15,257 nt of DNA from Promethearchaeota archaeon (GTDB taxonomy: Archaea > Asgardarchaeota > Lokiarchaeia > Sigyniarchaeales > SOKP01), in contig JAFGGO010000185.1 in the NCBI GenBank assembly GCA_016930515.1, positions 1 through 15,257 of the forward strand, read 5' to 3'. Both the position numbers and the translations under genes were made by a program. The notes beneath the pieces were generated by a model, which saw nothing but the letters and a program-made list of their open reading frames with translations, ran no database searches and was not told where the DNA came from. The first letter of the stretch is position 1; each line of letters opens with the position of its first letter. Of this stretch, positions 5,616 to 14,519 are shown piece by piece.

Positions 5616-7046
5616 ATGAGTGAAAAGGTACCTAAGAACGAATTCTTGATCATTGACGAAGAAGGGGAAATTGAGGGAGAAGAAGGGGGAGAAGAAGAAG
5701 CTGAGGACGAGGAAGTAGAGGAAAGGGACAAGAAGGGGCTTTCGGCAGATGAGATAGACCAGAGAAGGAGGAAAAACGAGCAACTTAAAGATAGACGAAA
5801 AAAAGAAAGAGAAAAAAAAGAACAGGATAAAATTAGAATCAAGGGAGAGATCAAGCAACAGGTAATAAAATTATTGAACAAGGGAAAAATATCCTCCAAG
5901 GAATCGTTGACGAATCTACTTATTAAGGCAGGTATAAAGGATTACTATTATAAAACCAACCTACTTACGAACCAATTAAAACCCGAGATCGAGCACATTG
6001 GCGCTTCGCTGAAGGAATTACGGTTCGACAAGGAGGTTAACTTTCGAATCGTTGATGGTGCACACGTGTACTACAAGAAAAACTTGAAAAAGGAAGTAAA
6101 ATCGAAAAAGCATAAAGCCGAGCTTAATTGGAGATCATATAAAATTCCAGAAGGGAATAACGAGATACACGTGATTTTAAAGATCCCTGGCAGTTATACG
6201 GATTCTCGGCACTTTCTTTCCAGTTGTTTTCCACAAGCGCGATTTTGGGGTTTTACAATCACCGTGGATAAGAAATATAACGAAACTCACGGATTTAAAA
6301 TAATTAGCGAAAACATCCTCGGACGTTTCGATGGTGACATGCTTTTAATATCGTGTCGAACGAGCGAGGAAGGAGCCGATAAGACACTTTACAAGCTGAT
6401 CCAAATTGGTCGCAACATTATTGTGGAATTGATCAAGTTAAATTGGCGATATTCAGAATTTCTAGTTATAAACAACCTCAACGACACGATTTTCATCCCC
6501 ACCATAATAATATTCAGGGCAAGAGATAGGAAAGCATTTTACGAGACCAAATTTGTAAATGCCTTGAGAATAGTCTACGATTTTCCACAGAAATTCGATA
6601 AAAAGGACGTGTTTGGAAAATACTCCGTCCTCTCGAAAGAACAGAAGGACGATCAGTTCGACTTGAAGTCTTATTACGAGTTCATTCACGCAGGTTTTTT
6701 ATTCCAAACTAAATCGTTCCTCACGAACGCCATATTAAACGATTGGATCATTAATCCCACGAAAGTATTGAATTACACTGAACAAGACGAAGATATGACC
6801 AAGCTTATCAAAGAATACGCCCAAGACATCGAAACAGACAGGATTATTAAGGAACGATTGGAAGAAAAGATGCAAAAAGGCGAGTTTTTGAAAGAGATGA
6901 CGACCAACCTGTTATTAACGCTCTTGGGCGTTTCGTTCTGGGCGGACACGCCTTGGTTGCAGGGTGGCGTTATCGCCGTCTTCATATCCATTAATATCTT
7001 CTATGTATATTTGAGGGCAAAACGAACCAAGAAGAAAGTATTTTAA
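5616..7046 (+). CDS. Hypothetical protein: acidic N-terminus, charged helix, possible winged-helix domain, soluble core, two C-terminal TM helices
   Basis: 476-aa ORF. E/D-rich aa 14-38; K/R/E-rich aa 39-78; C-terminal NLLLTLLGVSFW and WLQGGVIAVFISINIFYVYL followed by a basic tail RAKRTKKK. Confidence 0.8.
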   Translation: MSEKVPKNEFLIIDEEGEIEGEEGGEEEAEDEEVEERDKKGLSADEIDQRRRKNEQLKDRRKKEREKKEQDKIRIKGEIKQQVIKLLNKGKISSKESLTNLLIKAGIKDYYYKTNLLTNQLKPEIEHIGASLKELRFDKEVNFRIVDGAHVYYKKNLKKEVKSKKHKAELNWRSYKIPEGNNEIHVILKIPGSYTDSRHFLSSCFPQARFWGFTITVDKKYNETHGFKIISENILGRFDGDMLLISCRTSEEGADKTLYKLIQIGRNIIVELIKLNWRYSEFLVINNLNDTIFIPTIIIFRARDRKAFYETKFVNALRIVYDFPQKFDKKDVFGKYSVLSKEQKDDQFDLKSYYEFIHAGFLFQTKSFLTNAILNDWIINPTKVLNYTEQDEDMTKLIKEYAQDIETDRIIKERLEEKMQKGEFLKEMTTNLLLTLLGVSFWADTPWLQGGVIAVFISINIFYVYLRAKRTKKKVF

Positions 7047-7049
7047 ATC

Positions 7050-7075
7050 AAAAAAAATAATAACTCAATTTTTTT
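7050..7075. terminator. Bidirectional oligo-A/oligo-T terminator between convergent genes
   Basis: A8 (7050-7057) and T7 (7069-7075) in the 52-nt gap between the stops at 7046 and 7099. Confidence 0.5.
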
Positions 7076-7098
7076 AAAATAATTCTATTTCAATTATT

Positions 7099-7629
7099 TC
7101 AAGACATTTTCGAGTTTTGAAGCATGAGGCGTGTTAAACCTTCAAAAGTCTCGTTTACATTTTCTCCCGACTTACTACTGCATTCGATAAATCCATCTAC
7201 TCCGCGGGATTTGGCGATATTTATACCTTCCTCGCTCGATACTTCTCTTGCGTCTTCTAAATCGGCTTTTCCACCCACGACGAGTAGCGGGAACTTGTTG
7301 TCTTGTCGTCGCTCCTTGTTCACGACTATCATCCAATCGTCGATGTGAGCAATTGAGGAATAATTAGAAACATCGTACATAAAAAGTCCACCATTAGCGC
7401 CTCGCACATAAGAGGGTAACAAAAATCGAAACCTTTCTTCGCCCCCAAAATCCCATATTTGCAGTTTTACTTTCTTGCCATCGACCACCAAGCTTTTGAC
7501 TTCGAAATCGATACCAATGGTCATTTTTGAGTCTGATTTAAACAAGTTTGTTAAAAATCTCTGTGCTAAAGTGGTTTTTCCCGTCCCTGCATCCCCAAAT
7601 ATTATCACTTTGAATGTTGCATCGTACAT
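7099..7629 (-). CDS. Ras-superfamily small GTPase, Rab-like (Asgard eukaryotic signature protein type)
   Basis: G1 GDAGTGKT, G2 MTIGIDF, G3 WDFGG, G4 variant GKAD, G5 ECSSK; RabF-like motifs IGIDF, KLQIW, RFRFLL, YVRGA, FMYDVS; no C-terminal cysteine. Confidence 0.93.
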   Translation of the reverse strand: MYDATFKVIIFGDAGTGKTTLAQRFLTNLFKSDSKMTIGIDFEVKSLVVDGKKVKLQIWDFGGEERFRFLLPSYVRGANGGLFMYDVSNYSSIAHIDDWMIVVNKERRQDNKFPLLVVGGKADLEDAREVSSEEGINIAKSRGVDGFIECSSKSGENVNETFEGLTRLMLQNSKMS

Positions 7630-7971
7630 GAGATTGTCAATTCGTCTAATTTCGATTATTTTTTATATAGAAAACGAATATAATTAATATATTATTTCTA
7701 GTAATATATAAAGCTTAAAATTATTATCCATTTTTGGGCATTCATCTCAACCATTTTCCCACTTTCCTTGGGACATGAAGGAATTTTGTTCTTACAGCAC
7801 TAACCCAACTTATTTTTGACTCATGGGTAGATAAACTAGCTCTTAAAATATTATACGAATTGTAATACAAATTAGGTTATTATAAATCAATGAGAAAAAT
7901 ACATTAAGTAGTGTAAATTAGTGAATATAAGACTCCTAACTATAAATCATATCCGAACCATTTACTCTATC

Positions 7972-9684
7972 ATGACTGTCGTGGATAAAAGAAAGATAGC
8001 AGAATTACTAAAGACACGCATCAAACAGCTTTCCGTCGAAGAGATTGAAGGATTCGTGGAAATACCACCTCAAGACTTCGTTTACACGCACGCCTTTCCG
8101 TGCTTTAGATTAACACGATTCGAAAAAAAGAATCCTAATTTAATTGCCAGCGAATTATGCTCAAAGATAAAAAAACCCGACTATCTAGCAGAAATTCAAG
8201 CGGATGGGCCGTACCTGAATTTTCGAGTCAAACCAGAGCTTGCATTAAGTTCGATCGCGAATTTAGAAAACGATTATGGTAAAGTGGTAACACAAGAAAA
8301 AATAACACCTCAAACCGTGGTCATCGAATATCCCTCTCCAAACACCAATAAACCGCTCCATTTGGGACACGTGAGAAACTTACTTCTTGGAAGCACGATG
8401 TCAAATATTTACAAATACGCGGGTCACGAAGTGTATCAGGTCAATTTGAACAACGATAGGGGCATTCACATATGCAAGAGCATGCTCTGGTATAAAAAAT
8501 GGGGAAATAATCAAGAACCAACGCTCAAGTCAGATCATTTCGTGGGTCAGGCGTATGTAAATTATCACACCGAACTGGAAAAAGACGAATCTCTCGCTCA
8601 AGAGGCAAAGAAACTCCTGGTATTATGGGAAAAAAACGATCCCGAGACGCGAAAGCTCTGGAAAAAGATGAACCAATGGGCCTTAGAAGGATTCAAGAAA
8701 ACTTACGAAAAATTTGGCATTAAATTTGACAAGGAATATTTCGAATCGGAATTTTATTGGAAGGGAAAGGATAAGATAATTGAGGCTCTCGAGAAGGGTA
8801 TTTTTGAAAGGCGGGAAGACGGAGCCGTGATTGCCCGCTTACAAGGTCAATACAATATTCCCAACAAGGTTCTTTTAAGAAGCGACGGCACGACGATTTA
8901 CATAACGCAGGACGTGTACCTTGCGTTTTTGAAAAAAGAAGACTTCAATTACGATATTTCAATTTACGTGGTAGGAAACGAGCAAGACATGTATTTCAAA
9001 CAACTTTTTGCCGTATTGGAAATGATTGGGTTTGAAGAAGAAAAATATCATTTTTCTTACGGAATGATCTCCCTCCCAGGAGGAAAGATCAAAAGCAGGC
9101 AGGGACGAGTTGTCGACGCGGACGATCTCGTCGACGAAATGCAAGAACTTGCGTTCAGGGAGGTTAACGAACGATATCCAGACCTTTCGCTCGAAGAGAA
9201 AGAACAAAGAGCAGAAGTAATCGGAATGGGTGCGTTGCGATTCTTCGTGTTGAAGTTTGATCCTAAATCCGACTTTACTTTCAATCCAGACGAATCCATA
9301 AAGTTTAAGGGCGAAACTGGCCCATACATTCAATATAGTTACGCAAGAATAATGTCGATCTTTTCGAAATCAAGAGAAACCGTTTCACTTGATGTAAATT
9401 TCGAGGTATTATCGCACGAAAAGGAACTCCTCTTGATCAAGATCTTGCACCAATTTCCAGAAGAAATCTATCAAGCAGCCACTACTCATGGGATTCACCT
9501 CATTCCTCAATACTTACTCTCCCTTTGTCGGACCTTCAACTCATTCTACGACGACGGTCAATGCAAGGTCATTTCAAACGATAAGGAGCTCGAGCGAGCG
9601 CGCTTGTTGTTGATACGATGCGTTCAAATAGTGGTAAAAATTGGTTTGAGCTTGTTAGGTATTGAAACTTTAGAAAAAATGTGA
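7972..9684 (+). CDS. argS: Arginine--tRNA ligase
   Basis: N-domain AFPCFRL...GPYLNF; HIGH motif EYPSPNTNKPLHLGHVRN; KMSKS-like KIKSRQG; GETGPYIQYSYARI; C-terminal LGIETLEKM. The ATG at 7972 is preferred over the GTG at 7921 in the ORF track. Confidence 0.97.
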   Translation: MTVVDKRKIAELLKTRIKQLSVEEIEGFVEIPPQDFVYTHAFPCFRLTRFEKKNPNLIASELCSKIKKPDYLAEIQADGPYLNFRVKPELALSSIANLENDYGKVVTQEKITPQTVVIEYPSPNTNKPLHLGHVRNLLLGSTMSNIYKYAGHEVYQVNLNNDRGIHICKSMLWYKKWGNNQEPTLKSDHFVGQAYVNYHTELEKDESLAQEAKKLLVLWEKNDPETRKLWKKMNQWALEGFKKTYEKFGIKFDKEYFESEFYWKGKDKIIEALEKGIFERREDGAVIARLQGQYNIPNKVLLRSDGTTIYITQDVYLAFLKKEDFNYDISIYVVGNEQDMYFKQLFAVLEMIGFEEEKYHFSYGMISLPGGKIKSRQGRVVDADDLVDEMQELAFREVNERYPDLSLEEKEQRAEVIGMGALRFFVLKFDPKSDFTFNPDESIKFKGETGPYIQYSYARIMSIFSKSRETVSLDVNFEVLSHEKELLLIKILHQFPEEIYQAATTHGIHLIPQYLLSLCRTFNSFYDDGQCKVISNDKELERARLLLIRCVQIVVKIGLSLLGIETLEKM

Positions 9685-10610
9685 GTGATAGTATCGTGAG
9701 AACAACCTTTTTCGATTATGGAGAGATAATGGACGAGAATACCGAATTTTTTCTCTTTGGAATCCCTTGGGACTATTTAACATCTATCGCCTTACCCAAT
9801 TCAGCGATCGCCCCTGACAAGATACGCGAGGTGACAAAAGATTTAGCGCTTACCACGGAATTAGGCCAAATCATACCCGAATTTAAAGTCGCCGATATCG
9901 GAAATGTGCCTATCGAGCAAACAGAAATAAATAAAAACATCGAGGCGATACAAGATTTCATACACAAGGCGCTTGAGGTTAACAAAAACGCAATAGCGAT
10001 CATGATTGGTGGAGACCATTTCTGCTCTTACCCGGTCATTAAAGCTATAGGTGACTCTCTTGAAAGCAAAGAGAAGTTTGGAGTGTTAATCTTTGACTCT
10101 CATCTTGACCTGTACGAAGAATGGGATAAGGGAAAGTTTTCCCACGCTACCATATCTCATAGAGTAATGGATTTGGAGTATATTTCTAACAAAAATTTGT
10201 TCATAGTTGGTACCAGGGACATTGATATTCCCGAACTTGAAATCGCCTCGAACGAGAATGTGGCGTATCTTAACGCATATTTATTGTACGAAATGGGATT
10301 AGAAGCTTACGCTAAACGAATAATCGATTTTTTCGAGCAAACTGGCGTAAAAAACCTTTACATTTCGATTGATATTGACGCATTGGACCCATCAATCGCT
10401 CCAGGCACGGGTTTCGCAATTCCAGGAGGTTTTACTTACAGGGAACTTTGGATCCTTCTTAAAACCATTTTGGCTCGATTTACCCCAATGGGATTTGATG
10501 TGGTTGAGGTTGCGCCGAACTTGGATTTAAAAAATAATATCACTTGCAACACTGCCGCAAAATTGATAGTAGAGATCATATCGTTCATAAATAACAAGAA
10601 GAAGAAGTGA
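9681..10610 (+). CDS. speB: Agmatinase / ureohydrolase (arginase family)
   Basis: Metal-ligand motifs GGDH, DSHLD and SIDIDALDPSIAPGTG; DVVEVAP; GTGA overlap with the argS stop. Confidence 0.9.
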   Translation: MSDSIVRTTFFDYGEIMDENTEFFLFGIPWDYLTSIALPNSAIAPDKIREVTKDLALTTELGQIIPEFKVADIGNVPIEQTEINKNIEAIQDFIHKALEVNKNAIAIMIGGDHFCSYPVIKAIGDSLESKEKFGVLIFDSHLDLYEEWDKGKFSHATISHRVMDLEYISNKNLFIVGTRDIDIPELEIASNENVAYLNAYLLYEMGLEAYAKRIIDFFEQTGVKNLYISIDIDALDPSIAPGTGFAIPGGFTYRELWILLKTILARFTPMGFDVVEVAPNLDLKNNITCNTAAKLIVEIISFINNKKKK

Positions 10611-11560
10611 AAATAATGGAAAACAAGGACTATAAGAAGTTTCTAAAGCGCGTGAACCAGTTTGAAGTTTTTAAAAACGCAGATATTGTTAATTTCATGA
10701 ACTCGTCAAGGGAGACAGGGTTTAACCTGAAACGATTAGCGTTAGCGTGCGAAATTTACAAGGAAATGATAGTTGATAGAGAATGCGTAAAGTTTTTTGG
10801 CCTAGCAGGAGCGCTCGTTCCCGCAGGAATGCAAGCCATTCTTCGCGATTTCGTACTGGAAGGTTACATTGACGTGTTAGTTTCTACGGGAGCTAACCTC
10901 ACTCACGATCTCGCAGAAACGCTTGGTTATCACCACCTCCAAGGAGAAAGGAATTTAAAAGATTTAAACGATGTTGATTTACACGCGGAGGAGTTAAACA
11001 GGATATACGACGTGTTCTTACCTAACAACGTGTACGAGGGAATCGAAGATTTCGTGAGAGATTTAAAAATCCCTGAAGATAACATGTCAGTAAGCGCTTT
11101 TTTGCATTTTTTAGGAGAACAACTACCAGATAATTCTAAATCTCTTTTAAAAGCTTGTGCTGAGAAGAAAGTTCCCATTTTCTGTCCCGCGTTTACCGAT
11201 TCTGGTCTTGCGCTCCAACTCGGATTTCACCACCAGAAACTTAACCTGAATCATTTCAAAGACATGTTGAAAATGGTTGACTTGGCATGGGACGCAAAAA
11301 AAGCAGGCGTATGCTTCGTGGGAGGAGGAGTTCCAAAGAACTTTATCATGCAATCGCTTCAATTTTGCCCGACTTCTGCTTCCTACGCCATTCAGATTAC
11401 CATGGATCGTCCCGAACCGGGAGGATTAAGCGGCGCAACATTAAGCGAGGCCATTTCATGGGGCAAGGTAAACGAGGAAGCAAAATATTCCACTGTAATC
11501 ACTGACGCAACCATCGCCCTCCCCCTCATTTTGTGGTACCTTAAAAGCGTGTTTTCGTAG
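10607..11560 (+). CDS. dys: Deoxyhypusine synthase family protein (DHS-like)
   Basis: GLAGALVPAG, VSTGANLTHD, NRIYDV, PIFCPAFTDS, GGGVPKNF and GGLSGATLSEAISWGK with the active-site Lys; GTGA overlap with the agmatinase stop (alternative ATG at 10616). Confidence 0.92.
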   Translation: MKIMENKDYKKFLKRVNQFEVFKNADIVNFMNSSRETGFNLKRLALACEIYKEMIVDRECVKFFGLAGALVPAGMQAILRDFVLEGYIDVLVSTGANLTHDLAETLGYHHLQGERNLKDLNDVDLHAEELNRIYDVFLPNNVYEGIEDFVRDLKIPEDNMSVSAFLHFLGEQLPDNSKSLLKACAEKKVPIFCPAFTDSGLALQLGFHHQKLNLNHFKDMLKMVDLAWDAKKAGVCFVGGGVPKNFIMQSLQFCPTSASYAIQITMDRPEPGGLSGATLSEAISWGKVNEEAKYSTVITDATIALPLILWYLKSVFS

Positions 11561-11641
11561 AAGAATTACTCTTGTTATTATAACGAGTAGGATGCAATTT
11601 CGACTAGATCATTTTTATTTCTTGCGTGATTATTTATTAAA

Positions 11642-12838
11642 ATGGCATCAAACAAGCAAATGAAGGAAAAAATAAAACAATGCGCTGAAAACATAGTTAA
11701 ATGCGTTAATGTTAAAACCAACGATTGCGTGTTCGTAAAAGGGGGAACATATTGCCAAGATTTATTGGAAGAGGTAGCTTTATGCGTCTTCAGAAAGGGC
11801 GGATTACCCCATATCACATCAACATCAGACGATTATTCAAGACAAGTCTACGGGGATGGAGACATTTCCATCGAAACCTTGGGAAAAACCCACAAGCACT
11901 TATTAAAGATGATAGAAAACATAGATGCTTACATCGTCATCGAACCAATGGAAGATCCATCCATCCAAAACGATTTTCCTCGCGAAAAATTGCAAGCCAC
12001 TTCAAAAGCTTCCAGCCCCATATACGATGTCCTCTACGGGAGCAAGAAAGAGTTCGAACCCGGCAAAAGATGGGTGTACGCAGGGTGGCCTTCTAAAAAG
12101 GCGGCAAATTATTATAACATTGATTATTCGTTATACGAGCAATTCATTATTGATGGAATGAGCGTGCCTCCCACTGAATTAAGGGAAATTACGGATCAAT
12201 TAGGAAAGTTATTTCAAAAAGCAAAAAATGTACGCGTTACCGATGACTTGGGAACTAATTTTTGGCTTTCCACAGAAAATCGTCGCATTAATTACGATGC
12301 TGGCGTTCTCACGGAGGAAATGATCTCTGAAGGAGATTTGGGAGGAAACCTGCCTGCAGGAGAGATTTTTTTTGCGCCTATAGAAACAATGGGAGAAGGT
12401 ACAATATTTTGTCCCTTGACGAACGACCGTTATAGCGGTAAAATATTAAAGAATGTAGAATTGCCTTTTAAAAACGGAAGGCTCTTGATAGATGAGGTCA
12501 ATGCCGATAACAACGTGGAAGACCTGAGAGCAAGCTTCAAGCAAAGCGAAGATATTGATAAAACGAACGAGAATGTATCCGAGATCAGGACATATAATGT
12601 TGCAGAACTTGGAATTGGGTGCAATCCAAAAATAACAAAAGCAATCGGTTACATCTTAACGGACGAAAAAATCAATGGAAGCGTTCACGTGGCGTTTGGT
12701 AGCAATAAAATGTATGGAGGGACTTCGGTGTCTCGAATGCATTGGGATTTTGTAACTGATCCTCGCGCGAACATCGAGATTGAATATGTAAATGGAGACA
12801 AAAAAACAATAATGAAAAATGGGATATTAACTCAATAG
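11642..12838 (+). CDS. Aminopeptidase, peptidase family M29 (AmpS/AmpT-like metalloprotease)
   Basis: NLPAGEIFFAP, AELGIG, TDEKINGSVHVAFG and SRMHWDF carry the Glu/His/Asp metal-ligand motifs. Confidence 0.9.
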   Translation: MASNKQMKEKIKQCAENIVKCVNVKTNDCVFVKGGTYCQDLLEEVALCVFRKGGLPHITSTSDDYSRQVYGDGDISIETLGKTHKHLLKMIENIDAYIVIEPMEDPSIQNDFPREKLQATSKASSPIYDVLYGSKKEFEPGKRWVYAGWPSKKAANYYNIDYSLYEQFIIDGMSVPPTELREITDQLGKLFQKAKNVRVTDDLGTNFWLSTENRRINYDAGVLTEEMISEGDLGGNLPAGEIFFAPIETMGEGTIFCPLTNDRYSGKILKNVELPFKNGRLLIDEVNADNNVEDLRASFKQSEDIDKTNENVSEIRTYNVAELGIGCNPKITKAIGYILTDEKINGSVHVAFGSNKMYGGTSVSRMHWDFVTDPRANIEIEYVNGDKKTIMKNGILTQ

Positions 12839-12956
12839 AGAGAAATCGTGTGGAAAAAGAAAGCGATATTCTTTTTAGAATTCGATTCTTATTTCCTTAT
12901 TTCTCGAATAGTGATCCGTGTTGCAAGCGTATAAATTATAACCGTGAAAAAGATTT

Positions 12957-14435
12957 CTAATTTGCATCAGAACTAGCATCCAATTCCTTGTGCCATTTGT
13001 TGTAAAAATCCTTCCACAAGAGGAGGTTTCCAAAAGTGTTCCTTCTAAATAGTTTCAAGATCGACGTGTATTCTGTTTTATAGTCTTGTATTAAATCTTT
13101 CAAGGAATAACGTTCTGAAGGTTCGGGAACCGACAATTTAAACTGGTTTTCGGCCATTTTCCACCATTCTCGTACGAACTTCGCTCCAAACTCACGTTCG
13201 TAATAGTCCATGTTTTTATAGACGAATACATTCGGATAATTCGAAAAAAGCGAAGGACTGATCTGAACATTCTCGTGTATGGCGTATTGGTGGATAAAGT
13301 CCACGGTCTCCTTAAAGGTCTCCTTTGTTTCTCCAGGAAATCCGCAAACCACGTTAAACCGGACATATGGTCCGTCCGAGTTCTTGTATTCGTTTAATAT
13401 CTTAAGCGATGCCCCAATATAATTTATGGGATTTCCAGTTTTGTGCATCTCTTTCAAAATAAGCGGGTTAGCTGATTCAAATCCCACTCCCACGAGGAAT
13501 TCGCATTTTCTTAACATTCGAAGCATATTTAAATCTTGAGCGAGAGATTCCACTCGAGCCTGACAGGAAAAAGAAAATTGCTCGTGCAAGCGATTTTCGT
13601 GGATATATTCAAGAATTTTTGGGTAGATTGGAACGTTACAAAATGCTTGATCTACAAAACCTATTTTAAGGGCTCTATTTCCTAATTCTTCGACAATTGG
13701 AATTAGTTTTTCAAATTGTATTTTAAAACGGGAAAAATCCAAGCTTCTAAAGGGATAGTTCGTGGCACAAAAAGCGCATTGATAAGGACATCCCCTTGAT
13801 GCATATATCTCGAAATTGAACTTGTTCTTGTAAGGATATTTTTTTAAATATGTGTCGAAGTCAGGAAAGGGAATTTGGTTTATATCTACCAATTCATTCG
13901 AGTATAGTTCCCGACAGTACAAGTTTATATTTTTCACAAGAGGTTTATCACGAGCGAACAGGTTTAATAACGCTAATTCTCCCTCCCCTCTAATCAGGTA
14001 ATCGAATGGAGAACCATCATATAAAAAATCGTGAGGAACAGCAGTAGGGTGATAACCACCTACAATGAGAACCTTATCGGGATATTCCTCCTTAATAACT
14101 TGAGCCACGAATACGGAATAAGCATATTGATAGCTCGTGTAGCAATTAATACCCACATTATCAAATTCGGCTATTTGATTGCGTTCTAATATTTCAATTA
14201 GTTCTTTCTTCACCCGATCGTCGTTAAAAGGATTTTTGGACGCGATATTAGTTAATTTTTCACTTTCGATCCTGAGATCCACGATTCCAGTTCTCGTACC
14301 AGCCCTTTCTTTTAACCAAGTCGATAATTGTAGAGTTCCCAAAGGAATATCGTTGAAATAAAGGTGCTTTTGATAGTCTTCTATGAAAAAATAACTTGGT
14401 ACGAGAAACATTAAGTTGTTTTGATGGGAGATCAT
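12957..14435 (-). CDS. Cobalamin (B12)-binding domain radical SAM protein (class B type)
   Basis: N-terminal B12-domain motifs PLGTLQLSTWL, VGINCYT, IVGGYHPT and IRGEGE; SRGCPYQCAFC (CxxxCxxC); GFESAN and GFPGET. Confidence 0.92.
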   Translation of the reverse strand: MISHQNNLMFLVPSYFFIEDYQKHLYFNDIPLGTLQLSTWLKERAGTRTGIVDLRIESEKLTNIASKNPFNDDRVKKELIEILERNQIAEFDNVGINCYTSYQYAYSVFVAQVIKEEYPDKVLIVGGYHPTAVPHDFLYDGSPFDYLIRGEGELALLNLFARDKPLVKNINLYCRELYSNELVDINQIPFPDFDTYLKKYPYKNKFNFEIYASRGCPYQCAFCATNYPFRSLDFSRFKIQFEKLIPIVEELGNRALKIGFVDQAFCNVPIYPKILEYIHENRLHEQFSFSCQARVESLAQDLNMLRMLRKCEFLVGVGFESANPLILKEMHKTGNPINYIGASLKILNEYKNSDGPYVRFNVVCGFPGETKETFKETVDFIHQYAIHENVQISPSLFSNYPNVFVYKNMDYYEREFGAKFVREWWKMAENQFKLSVPEPSERYSLKDLIQDYKTEYTSILKLFRRNTFGNLLLWKDFYNKWHKELDASSDAN

Positions 14436-14519
14436 TATTCAAATCAAGGTGAAAAGATATACACAATATTAGGTGTTAAGAAATTTAAAGTCATAGGTTT
14501 ATAATGTCTCGTAAGGATA

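Noticed and set aside
5550-5899. Minus-strand ORFs of 102 and 100 aa (Phe/Ser-rich)
   Set aside because: They are antisense shadows of the GAA/AAA-rich low-complexity start of the 5616 gene.
3632-7629. ICMT-like methyltransferase acting on the nearby Rab-like GTPase (a proto-prenylation pathway)
   Set aside because: The GTPase has no C-terminal Cys, CaaX or CxC; no prenyltransferase is in the window; ICMT/PEMT-like proteins are widespread in prokaryotes; the genes are 3 kb apart and not in one operon.
7630-7971. ncRNA, T-box-like leader or small ORF in the 340-nt divergent gap before argS
   Set aside because: Only weak stems of about 5 bp (e.g. TCCCA/TGGGA near 7757-7773) and very short ORFs were found; the region is consistent with two AT-rich divergent promoters.
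7921-7971. N-terminal extension of ArgRS from the GTG at 7921
   Set aside because: The region looks like promoter DNA (TATAAAT near 7941) and ArgRS-like sequence begins after the ATG at 7972.
348-14466. Other short overlapping or antisense ORFs in the track (e.g. 540-920, 947-1249, 2449-2682, 8959-9333, 11725-12096)
   Set aside because: They overlap well-supported genes in other frames and show no recognisable motifs.
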